From IMG/VR virus record IMGVR_UViG_3300032067_000004, positions 1-46,488 of that record: DNA of 46,488 nucleotides; one strand, given 5' to 3'. Position 1 is the stretch's first letter; every line of letters starts with the position of its first letter. The DNA comes from a virus (lineage: Duplodnaviria; Caudoviricetes). Positions 8,522 through 17,834 of this stretch are shown here, one piece after another. Made by a program: the position numbers and the translations under genes. The notes under the pieces are model-generated. The model saw only the letters and a program-made list of their open reading frames with translations. It was not told the DNA's origin and made no database searches.

Positions 8522-9436
8522 ATGCCTCCACTAAAAGCACCTCCTCGTAAACCAACGACAGCAACAGTCACTCCTACAAAACCTCTCGCACGTCGAACAT
8601 ACGCAACGGGAACAGAAGATGGACTTCCCGGTGAAGCAACTGACCAAGATGTAAAAATGCAAAATCTCCGTTGGATGATTGTTGCACCTCCAGGTTGGGG
8701 AAAAACACAACTGATGTTCAATTTCCCAAATGCTCTTAATCTTGCTGTAGAAGAAGGCCATAAATTTATGGCAGGATTCAAAATCATTATTGACGAATGG
8801 GAAGGAAGTGCAGAATCGACAGACAGCGATGATAATTTGCATATCTCGTTTTTGGAAGCTGTCAAACGTATCGAAGAATCTCAGCGTTTCGAATTCATTT
8901 CGATTGATACTGTCGATGCACTTTGTAAAATGTGTGCGGATTACTACACTTCTACAAAGAAAGTAGAGCATATTTCAGACCTTGGAGATTACGGCAAAGG
9001 ATATGATTTGGCTCAAAATGATCCAATGCGCAAGGCACTTACTACGATTTTCAAATCAGGCCGAGGTATTGGATTGATTACACATCAGTATGTTACTCAA
9101 TCCAACTTCAAAAAAGGAGTTGCAGCTAAAAAGGAAACCACTCTTCCACCCGGTATTTTCAAGCTTATCATGCCACAAATGGATATTGTGGTTCATGGTG
9201 AATTTGGTGGAATTCGCGAAGGCCAAAAGCATCGTGATCGTATTCTAAAATCAGAGGGAAGTGAAGACATCCTCGCGAAAAATCGTGGTGGAATCCTGCC
9301 TCCTGCATGGATTGTTCCTGTTGATCCAATTGAAGCACAAGCTCAAATCAGAGAATTTTTTACTGGTTCAAAAGAAGAAAGAGCCGCTCGCGTAAAAGAA
9401 GCACACGAACACTATCTCAGCTTTTACGAAGATTAA
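8522..9436 (+). CDS. Sak4-like (AAA_24) P-loop ATPase / recombinase
   Basis: APPGWGKT, ISIDTVD, LITH; sits between the exonuclease and SSB genes. Confidence 0.8.
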   Translation: MPPLKAPPRKPTTATVTPTKPLARRTYATGTEDGLPGEATDQDVKMQNLRWMIVAPPGWGKTQLMFNFPNALNLAVEEGHKFMAGFKIIIDEWEGSAESTDSDDNLHISFLEAVKRIEESQRFEFISIDTVDALCKMCADYYTSTKKVEHISDLGDYGKGYDLAQNDPMRKALTTIFKSGRGIGLITHQYVTQSNFKKGVAAKKETTLPPGIFKLIMPQMDIVVHGEFGGIREGQKHRDRILKSEGSEDILAKNRGGILPPAWIVPVDPIEAQAQIREFFTGSKEERAARVKEAHEHYLSFYED

Positions 9437-9494
9437 TTTCAGGTTTTGTAACCTGACAAACCAAGCAAACAAAACAAACTAAATCAGACATACT

Positions 9495-10052
9495 ATGCCC
9501 GTTCTCAAAAAACCCAACGCTCCTGTTGCTACACCTGCAAAAGCACAACCCGTCGCTAAAGCTCAACCTGCGGCTGCAAAATCAAAACCAATGGATGCTT
9601 TCGGTCAGCGATTGTCGGAAATCGACGCGAAGGAGGGACGTAGTTGGAATGCCCCATTGCCGGGGACTTACAATGCGCTCATTGTCGAAGCACAAGGAGT
9701 AACCGACAATCTCAAACAAGCCGCATATCTGGAAGTGATTATCGCAGATGAAGAACCAGCTTCTGAATATGGCAAAAAATGCCGTATTTACTGGAACTTC
9801 TTCAATGACAAGGGAGAAGAAAATACAGATGGCATGGCTTACTTCAAATCCGCTTTCGCGATGCTCGGATATGAGACTCCGACAACGTGGGACGGAATGT
9901 GTGAAGACCTTGCGGCGATGGCAGCCGAGGGTATGTGGGTTATTATCACGGTTGCCGAAGCGAAAAAATCCACAAAGGCAGGTGCAGTGAATGTTTATCT
10001 TGATTCGGTTCCAGACAATCAAGATGAAAAGCCAGCGATGCCAACAGCGTAA
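9495..10052 (+). CDS. Phage ssDNA-binding protein (DUF669-like)
   Basis: PLPGTYNALIVEA motif; located after the Sak4-like gene. Confidence 0.65.
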   Translation: MPVLKKPNAPVATPAKAQPVAKAQPAAAKSKPMDAFGQRLSEIDAKEGRSWNAPLPGTYNALIVEAQGVTDNLKQAAYLEVIIADEEPASEYGKKCRIYWNFFNDKGEENTDGMAYFKSAFAMLGYETPTTWDGMCEDLAAMAAEGMWVIITVAEAKKSTKAGAVNVYLDSVPDNQDEKPAMPTA

Positions 10053-10150
10053 TCCTTTTCTAAGGAACGCCGCACAGTGGTCGGAGAACCAAGAACTCCC
10101 AACCGCTGGCAGACCGGATATAGTCTGCCTTATCCCCTTTATAACATGGC

Positions 10151-13066
10151 ATGTCAAATCTGATTGATTTCATTTTCAAAAATGTCGATTTTCAGGCATA
10201 TTACAAACTTTATTTTCCAAAATGGGATGGCAATCATAATACAAACGTAACTTGCCCTTGGGCAACAAATCATGAAAAAGGAACAGACAAACGAGCATCT
10301 TTCTCTCTCAATATCAATGCGACAGGAGGATGCTTTTGTCAATCTTGTGGTAAACGTGTGGGGTCGATCATTCATTTTGAAAAAGAAATCACCTCTACAG
10401 AAGATGATGAAGCAGCAGCCACGTCTATTTACTCAAAGTTTTTCCGTCCCATACTTTCAACTCCCGGCAAAGTAGAAGAAAAACTTCATCCATTTAAAGT
10501 TGGTCTTAAAGGTTCTCCCAAAGTTTTTGTAAGCTTACAAAATGAAATCGGCATTTCTAACGCGACAATCGAGCGTTTTAACCTTGGATGGGATGCCAAA
10601 GTCAGGAGAGTTACGATTCCTATATTGGATGGCTTTGGTCAACTCCTCAACATCCGTTATTACCGCTTGCCATCAATGCGGGAGAATGAGAATTTTCCGA
10701 AATTTCTTAACCATTTAGAAAATAAAGACAAAGACAATGAAGTGGGTTATGGTTCACCTGCTTCAATTTTTCCACATAATCCACTTTTTTCTCTATGTAG
10801 AAGCAAACATAAACCCGAAGTTGTGTTCTGGATGACAGGTGAAAGAGACACGCTTAAGGGGTGGGATGATGGAATTCCCTCTTTTTGTTATACAACCGGG
10901 GAATCAGCATGCAAAAAAGAATGGGCTTTAGAACTTAAAAAACTCAATGTTTCAATCGGAATTGTTCAAGACAACGACAAAGCAGGAAAAGAAGGAGCGA
11001 AGAAAAGGCTTGATTTATTAGAAGCGGAAGGAATTCCTGCTTTCATTATTGAGATGGAAGGAGAGGGAATTAAAGATTATTCTGACTACAGAAGAGAAGG
11101 AGGAACTGCTAAAGAATTTGTTGAATTTGCAATACAGCTTTCGAAAGAAGCGCCGGGGAAGGAGAATGGAGAAGAAACGGAAAGCGAAATTGAAGAAGAG
11201 TATCATTCTTTTGCAAAAGTTTTCGACCCTACAAAAATAGAGAATCAAGGAATTTTTAATGTTTCTGACATAAGTAGTAACACTAAGCTTCTTAATAAAC
11301 CTATCAAGGTTAAAGCTATCGTATCAGGGGTAATGCCGCGTTCATTTTCCATTCCTCATGTTTTCGAAATAGGAGGAAAACTATATCGTCTTTGCGTCTC
11401 ACGTGAAATGTTGGAATTGATAGGAGCACCTGACAAAGACATTATTCGTGCAGTGCATGTTTGGCTCAATACCAAAGCTCATGTCAAATTTATAGAACAT
11501 CTCACTATTACTGAAGTTGAGATTATTCCTATGGTTCAGCCGGGAATTGAGATCATATACAAGAATCAAAAATGTTATTTTATTGGGCAGCATATCGAAT
11601 GCAACAAGCCTTATCTAATGACTGTGATTCCAACTTCTGAAATGAGCAGTCAGGAATCAGTTGGAATGATTACCGAAATTGAACCTGTTTCCAATATTTT
11701 GGATTCTTACAAATTTGACGATGAAAGTTATCGAAAGTTATCTTCTGAATTTCAAATCGACGACAAAACTAAAGTTATTGACGGATTGCGTTTATTGGCT
11801 CACTCTATCTCTACGCATTATAGCGGCATTCATAACCGTGATGATGTTCATATTGCTGCTTTACTTAGTTGGATTGCACCCCTTCGCTTTGAATTTCCTT
11901 TTGAGGGAATGCAGCGTGGATGGCTCAATACCTTAATTTTAGGTGATACTGAAACAGGAAAATCAAAAGTATGCCAAAAACTAACGGACCTTTTCCATTG
12001 CGGCGTGTTTATCAGTTCGGAATCATGCAGTTACGTTGGACTTGTCGGAGGTGCTGTAAAGAGTTCAAGTGGGATGTTCCTCTTGAGATGGGGAAAGATA
12101 CCATTATACAATCGGCAGCTTGTAGTCATGGAGGAATTATCTGGATTGACTACAGAGGAAATATCTTGGATGTCAGATATTCGTTCGTCGGGAATTGCGC
12201 GATACGACAAAGCTGGTTTGACGGGAGCGACCGCTGCACAAACCAGATTGATCTGCCTCTCAAACGTGCGTGGCAAAGGCCGTAGTTTGTCAGATTACAA
12301 TACAGGCGTTCAAGCGGCACAAGACCTAGTTGGGCACAACGAAGACCTTGCAAGATTCGATCTACTTCTTACAGTAACCGATGATGAAGTAGATGGAAAA
12401 GTAATTAATAGTGATCGTTCTACAGAAGAAAGAAAGCTTTTTTCTTCTGTAGAGTTGGAAGCGTTTAAGGAACTTGTAATGTTTGCATGGTCTTTAAAAC
12501 CTGAACAAATTGATTTTACGTTAGACGCTTATCGTGCTTGTTTAACTTACACGCTTAAAATGTGTAGCGTGTATCATCCGAGTTTACCAATTTTTAAATC
12601 AGGTTCAGGACGATTAAAGCTTGCACGTGTTGCTTTAGCAATTGCTTGTATTCAATTTGCATGGGATAATGATAAGAAGAGATTAGTTGTAACTGAAAAA
12701 CATGTAGAAGGGGCGGCTGATCTTCTTAATCGATTTTACAAGAAACCTTCATTTGGTTATGCCCGATATTCTAAAGTGCAATATGACCTACAAAAAGTTA
12801 CTAATGAATCAGAAGTCATTGCAAAGATTAAAGAAGTATTCAAAGATAAGATTAGTGATTTTCTATTGTATATCTCACATACAGTTGAGTTTACTAAACA
12901 GGAAATCAATGAATCAATGGGAGTTCATGTTATGTATGCAGAACGGATTATTTCCACTATGTTCCTCTCAAATCTCCTTAAAAAAGGAGAAGGATACAAC
13001 AAATGGGCATTATCCACGGCGGGCAGGAAGTGGGTGGAACGCAAGCTCAGTGAATTACAGCATTAA
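10151..13066 (+). CDS. Primase-helicase fusion: Zn finger, Toprim primase and MCM-like AAA+ helicase
   Basis: CPW..H..C..C; GERDTL and QDNDKAG (Toprim); LGDTETGKS, GLVGG, VMEEL and ARFDL (MCM-type). Confidence 0.85.
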   Translation: MSNLIDFIFKNVDFQAYYKLYFPKWDGNHNTNVTCPWATNHEKGTDKRASFSLNINATGGCFCQSCGKRVGSIIHFEKEITSTEDDEAAATSIYSKFFRPILSTPGKVEEKLHPFKVGLKGSPKVFVSLQNEIGISNATIERFNLGWDAKVRRVTIPILDGFGQLLNIRYYRLPSMRENENFPKFLNHLENKDKDNEVGYGSPASIFPHNPLFSLCRSKHKPEVVFWMTGERDTLKGWDDGIPSFCYTTGESACKKEWALELKKLNVSIGIVQDNDKAGKEGAKKRLDLLEAEGIPAFIIEMEGEGIKDYSDYRREGGTAKEFVEFAIQLSKEAPGKENGEETESEIEEEYHSFAKVFDPTKIENQGIFNVSDISSNTKLLNKPIKVKAIVSGVMPRSFSIPHVFEIGGKLYRLCVSREMLELIGAPDKDIIRAVHVWLNTKAHVKFIEHLTITEVEIIPMVQPGIEIIYKNQKCYFIGQHIECNKPYLMTVIPTSEMSSQESVGMITEIEPVSNILDSYKFDDESYRKLSSEFQIDDKTKVIDGLRLLAHSISTHYSGIHNRDDVHIAALLSWIAPLRFEFPFEGMQRGWLNTLILGDTETGKSKVCQKLTDLFHCGVFISSESCSYVGLVGGAVKSSSGMFLLRWGKIPLYNRQLVVMEELSGLTTEEISWMSDIRSSGIARYDKAGLTGATAAQTRLICLSNVRGKGRSLSDYNTGVQAAQDLVGHNEDLARFDLLLTVTDDEVDGKVINSDRSTEERKLFSSVELEAFKELVMFAWSLKPEQIDFTLDAYRACLTYTLKMCSVYHPSLPIFKSGSGRLKLARVALAIACIQFAWDNDKKRLVVTEKHVEGAADLLNRFYKKPSFGYARYSKVQYDLQKVTNESEVIAKIKEVFKDKISDFLLYISHTVEFTKQEINESMGVHVMYAERIISTMFLSNLLKKGEGYNKWALSTAGRKWVERKLSELQH

Positions 13067-13075
13067 TTTTGTAAT

Positions 13076-13636
13076 ATGACAAAAACAGAACTTTGTGAGA
13101 AGTGTGGATTAGGTTTTCAATGTCACAAAAATCAAAACAATGTCAAAGGATGGGGGAATCCACAAGCGAAATTGGTTATTCTTTTAGATTGGCCGGGCGA
13201 CCACTTTGCTGAAAAACTTTTAATTTGGATTCTTCAAAGACTTTCTTTGACAGAAAAAGACGTTTGGATTGATTATGTTTTCAAATGTCAGGTCACGCTA
13301 CAGAAGCCAAAAAAAGCATGGCTTTTGGAATCTTACAAAACTTGTTGGAATCATATCATTCGACAAGAAGTTTTCAATGCAAGTTCAGTTGTCGTTGCGG
13401 GAAATTGGGGATGTGAATTTGTAGTTGAAGGAAAGATGAAAGATAAACATGGATCGAAGGATGAAAAACGAGAAGTATGGGTTTGCTATTCCTTCAAGTA
13501 TCTTCTTATGAATCCTGCGGAATGTGTAGATAATTGGCGAGTGCTTTTTAAAGCTGCGGAAGAGGCAGGATTAAAACCTGAAATGAATTTGTCTGTGCCT
13601 GCTTTTGATTTTCCTGCCAAAAAACTTATCGGATGA
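13076..13636 (+). CDS. Family-4 uracil-DNA-glycosylase-like protein with divergent catalytic motifs
   Basis: CEKC...GWGNPQAKLVILLDWPG...FKC...C...YSFKYLLMNP. Confidence 0.7.
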   Translation: MTKTELCEKCGLGFQCHKNQNNVKGWGNPQAKLVILLDWPGDHFAEKLLIWILQRLSLTEKDVWIDYVFKCQVTLQKPKKAWLLESYKTCWNHIIRQEVFNASSVVVAGNWGCEFVVEGKMKDKHGSKDEKREVWVCYSFKYLLMNPAECVDNWRVLFKAAEEAGLKPEMNLSVPAFDFPAKKLIG

Positions 13637-15507
13637 ATACCATCTATTACGATTTGGAGTCTGATTCAGAACATCCACAATATGCCAACATGTCCTTGTT
13701 CGGCGCTTTAGAATGTGATGAACAAGGTAACGAAGTTGATTTGCGAGTTTGGGAAGCACCTTTTACAGAAGAAAAAATTGCAGAAATATCTTCTTTTCTC
13801 TGTAGAGACGACGTTATACGTGTTGGATTTAACAATCTAAACTACGACGACTTACTTTCAGCTAACTATGGAATAAATATTCCAGAAGAAAATACACATG
13901 ATGCAATGCTGGCAATTAAAACTTGTCATCCAGGTTTGCCTGCACATGGTTGTAAATTTCTTAATTGGTTTTTGCTTGGTGATCCACATTGGCCTGAATT
14001 CGAATTGAAGCAGTCAGGGCATCGTTTTGGAAATTTAGTAGATGACAAATTGCGAGCATATCATCGTTGGGATTTATACCAGCATAAAAATCTTTGGGAA
14101 TATATCTATCCAATAGTAACAAAGGATGAACATTGGGAAGCTTACTGCATTGATATGGCAATGAAATTTCCTCTACAAGAGATGACATATGATGGAGGAA
14201 CTCTTGTAGATGTTGAAAAATGCAAAACTACGCTTGCTGATCTTGAACTTAGAAAAGAAGTAATTCAACGTGAGGTTCAAGAACTTTCAGGAGGCAAGAT
14301 TAAAAATGCCAATTCAAACCGACAAGTTGGTAAATACCTTGCTCAAATCGAAGATTACGTTTTTGATCTTACTGCAACAGGAGAATTTCAGGTCAAGAAA
14401 AAAGACCTTGTAGACATAGTGGGGATGACAGAGGAGAATATGCGAGGATGGAATCCCGGTAATCCTTTACCTGACGGAATATCTGAAATTGCACTTCTCG
14501 CTTGGCAAATGCGAGATAATGAAACCATAAGAAAATATGTCCATAACTACTTGGAAGCCGCATTGGGAACTAGTCTCGGTGGATGGATTCCCAATTCTTA
14601 TTCAATATCACGTGCCGCAACACGCCGCACCTTGTCCAAATCATTTTACAAGATCAACTTTCAAAATTCAACTGAGTCCATTGACGAATTTATGTTGGTT
14701 CCACCCGGATGTATCGGGTGGTGGATTGACTCTACACAAGTAGAGAATGTTGTTCATATTTACGAAAGTAATGATGTAGCAAGACGACGCGCCTATGAAG
14801 CAGATGAGGAATGGAATGAATATGTTTGGCTTTGTAACCGAATTTTGGGAGGTGACAAATCTAAAAAAGAATTGGAAGCTATCAAATCCAAGCGCATTCC
14901 GCATTGGTCAGTCTATAAAGAATTCAAAACGGCCAAACTGTCGTTAAATTTTGGTCAAGGTGCAAGAGCATTTTCAGATAAATTAGGACTGGAATTACAG
15001 AAAGGAAAAGAAATTTTCTCTGACATACATGTTGCTTGCCCGGCGATTCGACAACTCCAAGATAAGGTAGAAAGGAATCTTAATGCTTATGGCTATGTGC
15101 AAGACACTTTTGGTCATATCTATCAGGGTTTGGAAGCTTATAAAGTAGTCGCTTATTTAGTGCAGGGATGTGGCACAGGATCACTTCCTAAAGCACAGAT
15201 TCGTGCTAATTATGAAACATTACATAAATGGTCTGATCAGTTGGGTCAAAATGTAGGGTATCTTTGCAAAACAACTCATGATGAAAGTTCAGGCTTTTTG
15301 CGATTAGATATTGGGCATGATAATATTGAAGCAATTCTTTGTGAGTTAATGGAGAACATGACTTCTAAATTCTCGCCTAAATTTGACGACATTCCTTTAC
15401 GTGCAAAACTTTATTTGTCAGTTACAAATGCGGCTGATAAAAAGAAATACGAAACTAAAAACTATAAACAATCAATCACATATCCCGATGCTTATTCTTG
15501 CCGTTGA
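13633..15507 (+). CDS. polA: Family A DNA polymerase with 3'-5' exonuclease
   Basis: ExoI DLESD, ExoII GFNNLNYD; motif A IDSTQVE, motif B KTAKLSLNFG, motif C HDE. Confidence 0.9.
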   Translation: MNTIYYDLESDSEHPQYANMSLFGALECDEQGNEVDLRVWEAPFTEEKIAEISSFLCRDDVIRVGFNNLNYDDLLSANYGINIPEENTHDAMLAIKTCHPGLPAHGCKFLNWFLLGDPHWPEFELKQSGHRFGNLVDDKLRAYHRWDLYQHKNLWEYIYPIVTKDEHWEAYCIDMAMKFPLQEMTYDGGTLVDVEKCKTTLADLELRKEVIQREVQELSGGKIKNANSNRQVGKYLAQIEDYVFDLTATGEFQVKKKDLVDIVGMTEENMRGWNPGNPLPDGISEIALLAWQMRDNETIRKYVHNYLEAALGTSLGGWIPNSYSISRAATRRTLSKSFYKINFQNSTESIDEFMLVPPGCIGWWIDSTQVENVVHIYESNDVARRRAYEADEEWNEYVWLCNRILGGDKSKKELEAIKSKRIPHWSVYKEFKTAKLSLNFGQGARAFSDKLGLELQKGKEIFSDIHVACPAIRQLQDKVERNLNAYGYVQDTFGHIYQGLEAYKVVAYLVQGCGTGSLPKAQIRANYETLHKWSDQLGQNVGYLCKTTHDESSGFLRLDIGHDNIEAILCELMENMTSKFSPKFDDIPLRAKLYLSVTNAADKKKYETKNYKQSITYPDAYSCR

Positions 15508-15976
15508 TCCTTCTGTCAAAAATGTAGGTTTTGCACTTACTTGTGGAAATGGAAAAATTGTCACCTGTTTACATCATCCTCTAGAAATACCCCGTAATAA
15601 CCCCCTAAGACTTCAATCAATTGCAGGTGATATATTAAATCGTCTTCATCTGCTACTGGCAATTTATCAATACAAAAAAATCACGCACCTTGTAATCGAA
15701 TATCCGCAATTCGAAAACTCAGTGCGTGGTGAGGTAGCGGCGCGCCAAGGTTATACCTTAGACCTTGCTTATGTGTGTGGAGAGATCGTTAGGTATTGTG
15801 CTTTACATACTTCGAATGTTAGATTACCAACTCCGCTACAATGGAAAGGGAATCGCCCCAAAAAAGCTACTGAACTTGAAGTTCAAAAGAAATTTGGAAT
15901 GTTACAAATTTCGGAACATGAATATGACGCTTGTGGTTTATTGCTTTGGGGTTTAGAGGAGATGAAGCTTTTTTGA
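15488..15976 (+). CDS. RuvC-like Holliday junction resolvase
   Basis: MLILAVDPS, VIEYP, PxxWKG and HEYDA motifs. Confidence 0.8.
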   Translation: MLILAVDPSVKNVGFALTCGNGKIVTCLHHPLEIPRNNPLRLQSIAGDILNRLHLLLAIYQYKKITHLVIEYPQFENSVRGEVAARQGYTLDLAYVCGEIVRYCALHTSNVRLPTPLQWKGNRPKKATELEVQKKFGMLQISEHEYDACGLLLWGLEEMKLF

Positions 15977-16417
15977 TAATGCTTCTAAAATCTCAAGAGG
16001 ATGTGTAAAAGCATGCTTTGCTTTTGTAGGCGCTTTGCCTAATGACTCTTTAATCGCAGCCCAAAAATCTTCTTGTCGTCTTAGCTCAAGTTTTTCACGA
16101 ATTCCATCTGCACCTTGCCTGATTGCTAGTTCAGTTAGTTCAGGCGTAAGAACTCCCGAAATGATTATTACGATCAAATCGGGATTTCTTTTTTTCATCT
16201 CTTTGATCTGAGTTACAGTATAATTCGCATCTTCTTCAATATTTAGATTCAAATCCAACAACACCATATCAGGAGGTGGAATCTTGTCTAATTCGTGAAA
16301 TGCGTTTGTAAGATTTGTTACATGAATGGAGTTAATCTCCAATCTATCCAGATTTCCACGCCACATACGGGCAATTTCTGGACGGTCTTCCACTATTAAA
16401 GCCAGTGGGTTGCTCAT
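15953..16417 (-). CDS. Stand-alone response regulator receiver (CheY-like) protein
   Basis: LIVED, PDMVLLDLNL (phospho-acceptor Asp), IIISG and GADGIREK. Confidence 0.9.
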   Translation of the reverse strand: MSNPLALIVEDRPEIARMWRGNLDRLEINSIHVTNLTNAFHELDKIPPPDMVLLDLNLNIEEDANYTVTQIKEMKKRNPDLIVIIISGVLTPELTELAIRQGADGIREKLELRRQEDFWAAIKESLGKAPTKAKHAFTHPLEILEALSKKLHLL

Positions 16418-16641
16418 TTTTTGGTTAATGACTGATCAATTTCAGCAAGAATACCTTTGGCTTCTTCTTTCAAAGGACTTGCTACTAACGGCGAAGCAGC
16501 CAATCTTAAAAGGTCAACACGTTGTCCTCTTGCAATTGCCTCTTCAATAGCTTTCATTTTTGCTTCATTACGAATCATAAACCACGCCAATACAATTCCT
16601 AATGCGCCTTGAGATAAGAAATATTTCCAAACTTCGTCCAT
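16414..16641 (-). CDS. BhlA/UviB-like single-TM holin-like protein
   Basis: FLSQGALGIVLAWFM transmembrane segment followed by a charged tail. Confidence 0.55.
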   Translation of the reverse strand: MDEVWKYFLSQGALGIVLAWFMIRNEAKMKAIEEAIARGQRVDLLRLAASPLVASPLKEEAKGILAEIDQSLTKK

Positions 16642-17021
16642 TAATGATAGGGGATAACTTGATTAAATACTCCTGAAAATTGTTGTGCTATGTCTAATTC
16701 AGTAGAAGTTTTTACCCATGTAGGTTCAAAAGATTGATTGTCCATTACATAGGTGCGCCCTTGATCATCAAAAATAACAATCGCATGATCACCATTTTTA
16801 TTGTCTGTAGTATGTTGCCAATGATAACATACTACTTTTGATTTGATCCTCGCTTGTTCAAATTTGTTATGTAATGCGTAAGCAAAAGGCAAACATAAAT
16901 TGTTTTGTCCTTTTCCTATAGTAGAAGATTTTGCAATCTTTCTTGCTATAGTATCTCCAATTCGAATTTCTGTGCAGGAAATTTGTAATCCTACAAAAAG
17001 AAGAAGTAAAAAATATTTCAT
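16641..17021 (-). CDS. Lipoprotein with a transglutaminase-like Cys-His-Asp triad
   Basis: Signal peptide ending LQISC; NLCLPFA...GDHAIVIF...YVMDN. Confidence 0.65.
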   Translation of the reverse strand: MKYFLLLLFVGLQISCTEIRIGDTIARKIAKSSTIGKGQNNLCLPFAYALHNKFEQARIKSKVVCYHWQHTTDNKNGDHAIVIFDDQGRTYVMDNQSFEPTWVKTSTELDIAQQFSGVFNQVIPYH

Positions 17022-17698
17022 TAAAAACGAAGTAATCCTACATAAACCGTTGCAGGTAAATTGTAGGTATTAACGTTGTCTGCATTTCCGAAATTAACCG
17101 TGACATTTCCAGAGTTCGCAACAGCATAAAATGATACCTGCGCATTCATTTCCGAAGTTACGCGAACAACCGGATAATCAGCTGACGTAGCCCCCGTTAT
17201 GCTTATAGTAACGGATGTAGTTCCTCCAGGACTAAGGGTTCCTCCTAGGCTAGCATTCCCCGAACCTACGACACGTGAAAGTTCATAAGTAGAACCAGAA
17301 GGATCAATAATCCAAGGGGCATTACTTAAATCCGAGTAAAAACGAAATCCACCGCTTGGTGTAGAGGGAATACTAGCTGAGTCAACTTGAAGAAAGTTCT
17401 GAACCTCCATGTCAACAGCGGCACTTCCTCCTGTTGAAATAGTGATTTTTCCACATCGAAGATTTTGCCATCCTCCTAAATAAAGAATGTCTAACCCACC
17501 TCCACGATCTTGTAGATAAGTTCCATCTGAACCATCGAAAGTGCATTTTACTGTTTTGATATTTGGAATTGCATTAGTGCCTCCAAAAAAATCAGTAACA
17601 GACATTTGATAAGAAGCACCCGATTGAACAACGTAAATTGTTCCACCTGCACTAATATCTGTTGCAATTGTCAATTGAGAAAGTTTTTCGTCAGCCAT
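17021..17698 (-). CDS. Putative tail fibre / virion structural protein
   Basis: MADEKLSQL N-terminus; Gly/Ser/Thr- and beta-rich; in the late operon. Confidence 0.55.
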   Translation of the reverse strand: MADEKLSQLTIATDISAGGTIYVVQSGASYQMSVTDFFGGTNAIPNIKTVKCTFDGSDGTYLQDRGGGLDILYLGGWQNLRCGKITISTGGSAAVDMEVQNFLQVDSASIPSTPSGGFRFYSDLSNAPWIIDPSGSTYELSRVVGSGNASLGGTLSPGGTTSVTISITGATSADYPVVRVTSEMNAQVSFYAVANSGNVTVNFGNADNVNTYNLPATVYVGLLRF

Positions 17699-17700
17699 AA

Positions 17701-17833
17701 CTATTCAAGAAGAAGTTTGTCTCCTGTTTCAAGAAGAAGATGATCTCCCGTTTCTACCCGTTTCTACAAGAAGAGAAGGAGCAGATGGAGGAGGAGTTCC
17801 ACCTGTTGGTGGGACTTGTAAAAGAAAAAGCAT
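17701..17833 (-). pseudogene. Small LLxETGD-repeat virion-type gene frameshifted by a 10-bp tandem duplication
   Basis: Removing one CCCGTTTCTA copy (17747-17766) gives a 40-aa ORF ending LLVETGDHLLLETGDKLLLE*. Confidence 0.65.
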
Positions 17834-17834
17834 A

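Noticed and set aside
9582-10157. Long antisense ORFs (e.g. 9582-10157, 8531-8971, 33160-33606, 43575-44009)
   Set aside because: They lie opposite well-supported genes in strictly co-oriented arms and have no recognisable motifs.
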